A stretch of 62,756 bases of DNA, the filler included, from Hyphochytrium catenoides (taxonomy: Eukaryota > Protista > Hyphochytriomycota), in NCBI GenBank assembly GCA_900088475.1. It is 8 parts of 8 records of this genome, joined end to end, with 100 filler letters (N's around TTAATTAATTAA, not from the genome) between each part and the next. Parts side by side here need not be neighbours in the genome. Positions count along the whole stretch, not along the records: positions 42,280 to 62,756 come from FLMG01001119.1; 7 more parts are not named here. One strand, given 5' to 3'. Numbering within the stretch: the stretch's first letter is position 1; each line of letters begins with the position of its first letter. Below the pieces are notes generated by a model. That model did not search any database. It was not told where the DNA came from and was given only the letters and a program-made list of their open reading frames with translations. The translations under genes were made by a program, and so were the position numbers. Shown piece after piece: positions 50,025-60,700 of this stretch.

Positions 50025-52706
50025 TCACTGAACAGCTTTCTCCGTCTCTCCCTTTTCCTTCTTTAGGCAGTCCAATATTATCTTCACATCCTGGGCAGCA
50101 TGAGAGCCAAAGATCCTCTGCACAGCCTCCAATGAAAATCCTTCCGGCAGCTTCACAGTCTCAACAATCGAATCTGCAGATTGATTCTTAGTAATCTGCA
50201 GATCTTCGGATGAAGATTTCTGAAGATCTACAAGTTTTGCAATTGAGTCTTTCTGCGCCTTGGAGCCCGACTTCTTGGCTTTCTTTTTGGTTGGAGGAGA
50301 GGGCGATGGTCCGTTGTGGAGAATATCTTGTGGAAGAGAAGAAAGAGAAAGGCTGTGAAGCAAGGGAGAAGCCACGGGACGAAGAGAGAGAAGTTCAGGG
50401 ATAGAGTAAACGTGTTTTCTTTCTGTCTCCTCCTTCTCTGTGTCTCTCGACGGTTGCCTTTCTCTTTCATCTTTGTCAAGCAGAGGAGAAGAGAGACGTG
50501 TTGATTTCGAGAGAGAGAGATGAGGAGAGGGAGAGAGCTCCGGTCTTGGCGGAGCCTGTTCGTTTGGTGTGTCTCCGTTTCTTTCTTCCTCTTTCTCTCT
50601 GTTATCCTTGCCATTCATAGATTTTTCTCTCTCTCTCTCGTTGTTATTCTTGCCATTTACAGACAAGAGAGAGAGGGGCAATGAGGGAGGAACAGAGAGA
50701 GAAGTGACAGGACAACGGAGAGCAAGAAGTTCCGAGATGGAGTAAACTTGCTTTTTCTCTCTCTCATCTTCTCCTCCCTCTTCTCTCTCCTCTCTCTCCA
50801 GGGCGAGCGGTCCACTGTCTTCTCCTTCAGGCTCGTTATGTTCTTCTTCCGTCATTTCTGGTGCCGTCAGAGACCGAGGATGGGAAAGGAACGAGAGAGA
50901 GGGGGAGAGAGAGAGGAGAGAGAGAGGTTGTCTTCTCTCTCTTAGGGCCAGAAGGTCGGGAATGCTGTACTGAGTCCTAGGCTGGCCGGCTTACAAGGAG
51001 AGAAATGAAGAAACGAGAATGTAAGGGGCCGAGATAAGTGAAAAAGCGGGGAAAACAGGGGAGAAAGATAGAAAGTGAGGGAAAGAGAGAGAGAGAGAAG
51101 AGAATGAGAGAGGAAATCAAGAAAACGAGAGAGAAGGGGCAAGGAGAGAGAGGGAGATACCGTAAGAGATAGGATAGAATGGGGTACCATACAAAAGAGA
51201 GCAAAAGAGAGAGCAAAGAAAGAACAACAAGAGAGAGAGCCAGAGAGAAAGGAGAGAGGCGACAAAGCGCAAGCTGGTGGACTCACCTCGTGGGCCATCT
51301 GTCTTGGCAAAAGTGGGCTTGAGGGAAGGAGAGACAGGTGCTGGCGAGTCAGAGAGAGAAAGAGAGAGAGGGGATGCACTATCAACGAGTGTCTCTTTTC
51401 TCTTCTCTCCTTTGTCTCTCTCTTTATAGTCATCCAAGGGAAGAGAAGACGTCGTTTTCTCTTCCTCTTCTCTTTGCTGTGGCTCTTGGCAAGCTGTTGC
51501 CTCTTTGGAAGAGAGAGAGTGAGAGAGAGAAGGCGGTGACGAGAGAGGACAGGAAGATTTATGATCTTTCTCTTTCGGTTTGAACTCCCCTTCTGGCGCA
51601 TTGAGAAAGGAGAGAGATGGAGTAGGCAAGAGAGGTGCTTCTGGGACATTTAAGAGAGAGAGAGAGGCTAGAAGATCCTTAGGAAGAATCCCTTTGTCTC
51701 CTCTCTCTTCCATTATCCGCTGTCTCTCCTTTCCATCGCTTTTTCGCTGAAGTTTAAGAAGAAAAGGAATAGAATACTGCATCTTGGTTGGCCCATCTTC
51801 TCTCTCTTCCCTTCTCTCTATCTTCCCCAGTCTCTCTCTCTCTCTTCTAGTTTCTCTCCCTCTCTTGTCTAGCTCTCTCTCTTCGCAAGATGTCTTTTTG
51901 GGTGCAACGGCTGCTCCAACACTCTCTCCATTCTCTTCTCGTGCATTCTTTTCCTTAACGAGACTTTGTCTCTTCTCTTTGCTCTCCTTTCCTTTCTCTC
52001 TTCTTTCTTTGACCGCTGCCATGTACTCTCTCTCGGCTGATGCTGCGAGAGAATGATAGAGACGAGCTTTTTCCCTCTCTCCTTCTCTCTCCCTCTTGGA
52101 GAGCGAGGAGAGAGAGAAGAGACTACCTTCAAAGAGGCTCCAGGCCGATTCCTTGAGAAGCTGCAGATAAATCTCTCCTTTGTTAAAGAGAGGAGAAGTA
52201 GGCTCAGAAAAGGGGGAAGAGATAGAGGAAGAGAGAGAGGAAGAGAGAGAGGAAGAGAGAGCGTCTATGGTCCGTAAGTACAAAGCTTCATTAAGAAGCA
52301 GCTCTCTGGAAAGGGAGAAGATTTGTCTTGTCTCTTCGTTCTTCAACGCAATCGTTAAGGCTGCCAACCTTCTCCGCTGTTTTGCAATAAGCTCTGAAAT
52401 AGAAATCTCCGTCTGAAAATCTCCGTCTGCAACTTGTCTGTTAGCATCTCTATGAAGATGAGACGGAGACCCGTCTCTGAGCCTTTTCTTCCCTTTCCCG
52501 AGTCCCTGCTTGTGAACAACTTCTTTCTCATGCAGTTCCTTCTCGTTTTTCCTCTGTCCTCTCTCTGTTTCTCTTATGAGGAGAAGAGAAGGCAAAGGCT
52601 GGGGGAGAAGAGGGAGGTAAGGGTTTCTCTCTCCTGGCGCTTGAAGGGAAGGAGAGGGAAAGAGAAACCAGGGCAAGGAAAGGTTATGAGAAAGAGGTAA
52701 AGCCAT
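50025..52706 (-). CDS. Low-complexity protein with four YSIxxLLxL (eIF4E-binding-like) motifs
   Basis: ORFs 51117-52706 and 50025-50855 join in frame through intron 51286-50990 (G|GTGAGT...TAAG|CC). 5' end uncertain. Confidence 0.65.
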
Positions 52707-53421
52707 GTCAAGCCTTTCCTTTCTCCTTGCAATTTGTGCTTCTCTTGCTCTCTCTCTCTCTTTTGCCAGACGAGGTCTTCGGAAAGCGATGATAGTGAGG
52801 AATTGAGAGCTGAGAGAGAGAAAGAGAAATGGTACCGACCTAGAGACCGAAGAGAGAAAGAGCTAGAGGAAGGGAGGAGAGAGAGAGACAGAGAGAGAGA
52901 AGAGCCCGGAAAGAGGTTTGGCTTGCTTCTCAATGATGAATAGAAGGCTGGACAATGGGAAGGAAGTCGTTTGGCTCTCTAGAACCGTCCTTCTGCAGAT
53001 TCTTGTGACTACTTGTCTGTCTCTCTCTCCCTCTCTTTGGTACACTCGCTCTGTCCCTCTGCTTCTCTCTCTCTCTTGGCCATCTCTCGCTCGCTTTTCT
53101 TCTCTTTCTCTCTTCTCGACTCGTCTACCCCTTTCTCTTTTCCACTGTCTTTCCGTCCCATTTCCCTCTTCTCTCCTCTTCTCTTCATCACCTCTCTCTC
53201 TCTCTCTCTTTCTCGTTCTCTCTCTCTCTCTCCCTCTCTCTCTCTCTCTTTCTCTCTCGCCTTCTCTCTCTCCCTCCCTCTCCCACTGGCCTCTGTCTCT
53301 CCCGCTGTCTCTCTCTCTCTCTCTCGTATATCTCTCTCTCCCTCTCTCCCTCTCTCTCTCTTGCTCTCTCTCTCTCTGTCACTAGAACATTGTGCACGAA
53401 TACTCCCACCTCACCGCACAG

Positions 53422-53868
53422 ACGAGCCTAACAACTACAACGCCATTCAGAAGTAGTAANNNNNNNNNNNNNNNNNNNNNNNNNNNNNNNNNNNNNNNNN
53501 NNNNNNNNNNNNNNNNNNNNNNNNNNNNNNNNNNNNNNNNNNNNNNNNNNNNNNNNNNNNNNNNNNNNNNNNNNNNNNNNNNNNNNNNNNNNNNNNNNNN
53601 NNNNNNNNNNNNNNNNNNNNNNNNNNNNNNNNNNNNNNNNNNNNNNNNNNNNNNNNNNNNNNNNNNNNNNNNNNNNNNNNNNNNNNNNNNNNNNNNNNNN
53701 NNNNNNNNNNNNNNNNNNNNNNNNNNNNNNNNNNNNNNNNNNNNNNNNNNNNNNNNNNNNNNNNNNNNNNNNNNNNNNNNNNNNNNNNNNNNNNNNNNNN
53801 NNNNNNNNNNNNNNNNNNNNNNNNNNNNAACGAACCTAACAACTACAACGCCATTCAGAAGTAGTAAA
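53422..53868 (+). repeat. ~37-bp direct repeat flanking an N gap
   Basis: CGAG/ACCTAACAACTACAACGCCATTCAGAAGTAGTAA on both sides of gap 53460-53828. Confidence 0.8.
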
Positions 53869-54066
53869 AACCCGAAAATGACGCCTTGGTCTTGTCTATA
53901 AAAGGAGAGAAGATTCTGCTGTCCCCAAGCCCCTATTTAAATCTTAGGATTAAGGGAAAGGAAAGCGACAAAATGGGGCTTTGATGGTGGGGAAAGAGCG
54001 ACAAATCTTGAGATCTTTCTACATCCCTCTCTTCCTTNNNNNNNNNNNNNNNNNNNNNNNNNNNNN

Positions 54067-54101
<35 letters not shown>

Positions 54102-54706
54102 TCTCTCTCTTTCTCTCTCTCTACCTGTCATCTTTCTCGTTCTCTTTTCCGCTCTCTGTCTTCAAGCTTTCTCCCCAATCTTCTTTTCTCTCTCTCTCGA
54201 CGTTCTGACCTTCCTCCTGTCCTTTCTCCCTCTTCTAGACTTCCTCGTCTCTCCCACCTTTTTCCCCGTGCTTTCTGCTCTAGTGATGCTGTCAGATCAT
54301 GGCTCTCAGAAGAGGAGGGTGCTCTACAGCATTGGGCGGCACAAACGGAGAGAGAGAGAGAGAAAAAGAGATAGAAAGGAAGAGAGGGGAGAAGAGAGTG
54401 TCACCGGGGAAGGAGTAGAAGTGCACACTCTGCCTCTATTCAATTGTAGGAAGACAGTGGAGGAAGGAAAGAGGAAAGAAAGAGAGAGAGAAGAGCGCCC
54501 TGATTCTCCTCTCTTCTTCCCTCCACAAAGTCAGTAAGTCTGACTTCGTACTAGTCCCTCAACTTCCGTTGAAACCTAAAGAACGGGCAAGAGAGAGAGA
54601 AAGACAGAGCGAGAGGAGAGGGGGAGACAGAAAGCGAGAGGAGAGAGACAGAGAGCAAACAGAAAGAGAAGCGAGCGCGCGAGAGGGAGGCGACCGTGAC
54701 AAGGAA

Positions 54707-57700
54707 ATGAAGACACGGACGGAAGAGAGACAGAGAGGAGAGACAACTGCTCTTGGCAGCCCTGTTCTGAGGCCAAGAAAGAGACTTTCGTCCGCTCTTT
54801 CTCCCGGCGCTTCTCATCCTTCTCCCCCGCCGCCGCGGACTCTACGGTCAACTCCCAGAAAGAAAGAAGAGAGAGAGAAAATTAGTGCTCCTTCTACAGC
54901 TGCGACTTGCCCGAAGAGCTCAAAAAGAGAGAAGAAGGAAAGAAAAGAGACCTCACCCCGTTCTTCTCTTTCCCGCCCGGCCAACACTAACACTAACAAG
55001 GCACAGGAGGAGGCAAAGCCTCTAAGAGAGAGAAGAAGAGCATCAACCGCTCCTATCGTCACATCATCGCGTAAAGGCGAGAGAGGACACCTGGGAGAGA
55101 GAGACAAGGAGAAAGAGAGAAAGAAAAAGAAGAAGCCCGTTGCAGCTTTACTAGCAGCAAAATACCGCTGTTCTTCGCCTGGTTGTCCGCGATACAGAGT
55201 GGCGCAAGGTCTCTGTATATCACACGGCGCTATCACACGCCGCTGCTCCTCTCCCGGCTGTCAGAACCACGCCCGAGGCCAAGGAAAGTGCCTCAAGCAC
55301 GGGGCAAAGACTCCACGATGCTCTGTCTTTGGCTGTGAGAAATTTCCTGTCTCTCGAAGACTCTGCAGCGCGCACGGAGGCGCGAGAGCTCTCTCTTTAT
55401 GTTCGGTCAAGGGCTGTCAAGAGAGAGTCAAGGGCCAAGGACTCTGTTCCCGTCACGGCGGAAAGGCGCGGCCTCGGTGTTCTCGGGCAAAGTGCGCTAA
55501 GTTCGCATTATATTCGGGTCTTTGTACGGGCCATTATATGGCAAAGTTCCCCAGTTGTACAGCGCCGCGCTGTCAACGCCGTGCGGTAGTAGATAATCTA
55601 TGCATTATGCACGCGCCCCCCAGGACTGCGAAGCGTTTTCGGTGTTCGGTGCGGAGTTGTAAGAAGTGGAAAGTGAGGGGCGGGATGTGTCTCTCTCATG
55701 GGGCTAACGCTATCATTAAGCGTTGCTCTGTCTCGGGTTGTGGCAGGCATATCCAGAGGCATGGCATGTGCGTGGCACACTTCTCTCTCTCTCTCTCTTC
55801 CTCTCTCTCTTCTTCATCAGCCTCTTCTGTGTACTCTTTAGAGGAGAAAGAAAAGAGAGAGAGAGAAGACAAAGGTTCTTCTCTCTCTCTCTCTCGCCAC
55901 TGCAAAAAGAAGGCCAAGGTACCAGCCGAAGAGGGAAAAGAGCACGAAAGAAGAGAAAAATCGCGGACAGAGAGAAGAAGTACCCGTGTGTCTCTTCTCT
56001 CTTCTGCCAAAAAGGAGGAAACAAAAAGAGAGGAAGAAAAGAAGGAGAATGACGAAGAAGAGAGAGAGAATGGGGAAGAAAAACCTAGGAGAGGAAGAAA
56101 ACGAGAGAAAAGAGAGAGAGAAGAGAATGAAAGAGAAATATCGGAAGAGATAAAGGATGGAGAAGGGAAGAGGAGAGAAACAGAGCAGGGAGAGAGAGAG
56201 AGAAAGCGCCGTAGACAGAGTCTGCCACGGGCAGCGAAAGAGAAGAAAGATACAGAAGAGAGAGAGAAAGGGGAAAGAGGAGAGAAACAAGAGAGAGAAG
56301 GAAAAGGACGAAAGGCTCTCAAATACCAAGGAGGGAAGAGAGAGAGAGGAAAGAGGAAGAAAAGAAAGGGAGAGAGAGGGGAAGAAAGGAGAAAGGCAGG
56401 GAAAACGATAGAAGAAGTAGTGGATGAGAGGCCACAAGAAAGAGAGAGAGAGAAACTAAACAGAACGAATAGAAGAAGAGAGAAAATGAGAAGAGAGACG
56501 AACCAAGATAAAGAGAGAGGCTCTCAGCATCCAAAAGAGAGCGAGACAGATGGTAAGGAAAAGGAAGGGAGAAGACAGGAGGAAGAAGAGACAACCATTC
56601 AAGGAAAGAAACGCGGACTTCGGGAGCTTCTCTCTCTCTTCGATGGCAAGAAGCCAAAGAGGAGAAAGAGTCAGCAAGAGAGAGAGAAGAAAGAGAAGAC
56701 TCTCTTTAGCACATCTCTTGAGGGAGAGAGAAAAAGAGACAGAAGAGACGAGGAAGTGGGCACTGGAAACGAAGAAAGAGGAAAAGAGAGCAACTCTATG
56801 GAAGAGAATTCTGGGAAGACAGTAAAGGTAAGACGGGACGAAAAGAGAGAGAGAGAGACAGGGAGAGAAGTAGAGCTACTTTGGGAAGAGAGAGAGAGAG
56901 AGACTTCCTGTCTTCCGGAGGAAGAGAAGGAGAGGGTTGAGGGAAACATGAAAGGAAAAGAGAGAGAGATGGAAAGAGAAGAAGAAGAGAACGAGAAAAC
57001 CCTAAGAGAGAAAGGAACAAGCGGGACAGATGAAGAGAAAGAGGGGAAGGAAGATGATAAGAGTGATACCGAGAGACAGAATCGAAAGAGAGAGAAAGAA
57101 TGTTTAGAGACACAGAGAGAGGAAGAGGTAGACTTTGCACCCGGGAAAGAAGAAGAAGAAAGGATTGAAGAAGAGTTGGACATGCGATCGGAGAGAGGAG
57201 AGGAAGGAGAGAGAGAGGAAGAAAAAGACGCCGTGTGGAGCAAAACAGGGGAGAGAGAGACACAAGAAGAGAGAGAAAGAGACTCTGGAAGAGAAGAGGA
57301 GGGAGAAGGTGGAAGAGAAGACGGCCTAGAACAGTCAAAGGAGAAAGAGGGAGAGAAAGAGGAAAAGGAGACTTCACCAGAAGAGAGCGAGAAGAGAGAG
57401 ACAGAGAGAGATAAGGAAGAGATAACAGAGGAAGACAAACTTGGGTCAGAGAAGGACTATGAAGGAGAGAAGAGAGAAGAGCAGCACTTCTCTCTCTCTG
57501 TCTCTCCAGAAAAGGAAACGGAAGTTGAACACAAGGAAGAGGAGGAAGAGAGACAGGAGGAATGTCCTATAGGAGACACGGAACATGAAAAAGACGGAGA
57601 AAGAGAAGAGAGAGAGGTCGAAAGAGGAGGTTCGTTTCTCTCTTCTCTCGGGGTAGCAGAGGAAGAAAGGAGAGCAACTGTCGTTGTCTCTGAGGAAGAG

Positions 57701-60700
57701 GAGGCGAAAGGAGAGTCATACAGAGAGAGAGAGGAGACAACATCATTGGAAGAAGAGGAAAAGGAGAGAGAGAGACCACTCTCTCCTCCTCTTTCTTTTC
57801 AGGGAAGGGACACAAAAGAAGAAGGGAGAGAGTCCAAACCTTACAGGGCTGAGACATTAGAGGAAGAGGTAAAAGGGAGAGAGGCAGAAGAGAGAGAAAC
57901 AGAAGCTTCTCTCTGTGGGGAAGAGAGAGAGACAGTTCTTTGCGAAGACAGAGAAGGCAAGAGAGAGAGAGAGAGTGGTCTTTCCGCTGAAGAGAATGAG
58001 GTAAGAAAGGAGCGAGGAGAGAGAGGACAGGGAGATCACTTTCTTCAGGGGGAAAAGAAGATGGAAGAAGGGGAGAAAGAGAGAGAAAGATTCAAAGGTT
58101 TACTGAACAATGACAGGGAAGAAGATGGGAAGGATACGGCAAGAGAGAGAGAAGAAAGAGAGAGATCAAGGGATCAACCCGAGGAGGACGACGAGAGGAA
58201 GAGTCACATGGTACAAAGAGAAGAGAGAGAAGATGAGAAGGAGACGACAAAAGAGAGAGAAGAAAGAGAGAGAGCATGGGATCAACCCGAGCAGGACGAG
58301 AAGAGGAAGAGCCAGATGGTACAAAGAGATGAGAGAGAGGAGAGATCAACAGGGGAAGAGAGAAAGAATCAAGACAGTGAAGAGCCAGGCATTCTCTCTC
58401 TAGGGGACGAAGGAGAGGAAATGGAGATAGAGGAAGAGGGAAAGAAAGAGAGACAAGACTCTGCGGTGGCGTCAGTAGAAATGGAGAGAGAGGCTTTAGT
58501 GGGGGAGAGAGATCCACAGGAGAGAGAGGAGGGGATAAGAGAAGACGAAGAGAGGAGAACAAGAAGAGACACTGTCCCGGTAAAAGGCACAAAGGAGACA
58601 GAAGAAAGAGAAAGCGCAAAAGGAGAAGGTAAAGAAGATGAGGGACAGATTGTCTCTCTCCTGCTGAAAGACGCAGGAAGAGAGAGCCCAGAGAGAGAAG
58701 AGAGTTTCATTCAAGAGAGAGAAGAGGAGAGTGATCAAGAAGAGGGATTGCAGGAGAGAGAAGAGGGAGAGAAGGAAAGAAGGATGGAGAGAGAGACAAG
58801 CGAGGCAGAGAGCTATCCCTTGGGAGAAGAGGAAGACGAAATGGCAAAGGAGAGAGAGGTGGACACCATGAGCGCTCTCAGAGAGAAGAAAGAGGAGGAA
58901 CCAATGAGAGAAGAAGAGGGAGAGAGACAAAATGTCTCTCTCTCTCTCATGGAAGCAGAGAAAGAGAGGGACGCTAGCGAAGGACCTACGGAAGACGGGC
59001 CAATCGCAGGAGAGGAGAGAGAAGAGAGACAATCTGTCTCTTCTCTCTCTCTCGAGCACCAAGAAAAAGCAGACGGGGGCTCTCCCAAGACGAGGTGGGA
59101 ACAGGAGGGAGAAGTGACACATTCTTCCTCTTTCCCGAGGGAGAGAAGTGAGGAGAGAGAGAAAGAAGCTGGCTACTGTCTTTTGAGGGAAGACGAAGAG
59201 GAGAAAGAGAGAGAAGAAGCCTATCTTCTAACCGGGAAGGAGGAGGAAGAAGAGAGAAAAGAAGAGGAGAGAGAAGATCATGACGTCTTTCCAGGTAGAA
59301 AAAATGTCGCCGGGGCTTTGGAGAGAAAGGAAAAGAACGAGAAGGAACAAGAGAAGGAGACGCTTTCTTCTCTCTCTGGGGAAGAGGAAGAGTCCAAGCG
59401 AGATAGCAGGGCTTCTCTCTTCTCAGAAGAGGAGGGAAGAGAGGACGAGGAGAAAGTCTCTCTCTCTCTGGAAGACGGAGGTGAGGAACCAGAGGGGAGG
59501 TCTCTCTCTCTCTTGTCCTACCAGGAAGGAGACACAGCAAAGGAAACCGAGGAAGAGAAGCCTCTTTCTCTCTCTCCGAAAGGCGAAGAAACGAGGGACA
59601 ATGCCTGCCACTCTCTCTCTTTGCCATTGGAAACAAGACAGGACGAAAAAGGACAAGAAGAGGGAGAGAAAGCAAATCTGTCTCTCTCTCCCACGGCCAT
59701 GGCTGAGGAGGAGAAAGAGAGACATTCTTCTCTCTCCTTCTCCATGAAAGAGGAGGAAAACCTAATGATGAGCGAAGTGGGACGCTCTCAGAAAGACGAG
59801 GAGAAAGAGAAAGACGAAAAGAGGGAGGAAGAGGAGAAACTCTCTCTCTCTTTCCACGAAGAGAGAGAGAATGAAGAGGAGGAAGACGCCAGTCTATGTT
59901 TCGCTGCTGTGAGAGAGAAGGAAAGAGAGAGAGAAGAGACACCCATTCACTTGGTGCAAACAGTAGAAAGCGCCGTAGAAAGAGAGGAAGAGAACCCAAC
60001 ATCTCTCTCTGAGGAAGAAGCCCGTGAAGAAAGACGAGAGAGAAGAGAGGCGACTTCTTCCCCAATGGAGACAGGGGAGAAAGAGAGACAAGAAGGAGAG
60101 AAAGATGAGGAGAGAGAGACGAAAGAAGATAATTTTGTAAGGGAAGAGGAGGAGATGGATCAGGAAGAAGAAGAAGAGAGAGTGTCTCTTATGATGGTAG
60201 AAGAGAATAAGGAGAGAGAGAATTCTCTAAAAGAGAAGAGAAATGAGGAGAGAGGGGGGGAAATAGTAGACTGCTCTCCAGGAGAGGGAGAACAAAATGG
60301 GGAGAGAGAGACTGAAGAGGAGGGAAGAAAGCAGGAGGGAGAGAGAGAAAGAGATGATGACAGCGAACAAGAGAAAGAGAATCAAGAGACTCTCTCTCCT
60401 CACCTCGCAGCCCCTGACCAGGAGAGAGAGGAGGATACTCAAGAACAACTCTTTCTTCTCTCTTCCCCAGAACCAGCGGAAGAGTCTCTCCTTGATAAGA
60501 AGAAACAAGAAGAGGAAGAGGTCGATCTCTCTTCTAAGGGAAAGATCGCTCAGGAAGTGGAAACTGGAAAGAGAAAGGCGCAAATCCCTCTCTTAGACGC
60601 AGCCTCTTTGGAGGAGAGAGAGAAAAAAGAAGAGACTTCTCTCCTGTTCTTACTCGAGGGAGGAGGAGAGACAGCTCCAACTGAGACGAGAGAGATCGCA

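Noticed and set aside
52260-52320. RhoGEF DH domain from ELLLNEALYLRTIDAL
   Set aside because: It resembles only the first DH helix; the rest of the domain is absent.
9258-52706. One mRNA-metabolism gene cluster (DCP1, CCR4-like, 4E-motif protein)
   Set aside because: The third gene is over 30 kb away across five artificial linkers and unrelated genes, so clustering is not supported.
53422-53868. CRISPR-like direct repeats
   Set aside because: Only two copies, separated by Ns, in a eukaryotic context with no cas genes. More likely a contig overlap or collapsed tandem repeat.
55165-55770. True WRKY transcription factor
   Set aside because: There is no WRKYGQK domain, only the zinc-finger repeat commonly mislabelled 'WRKY19-like'.
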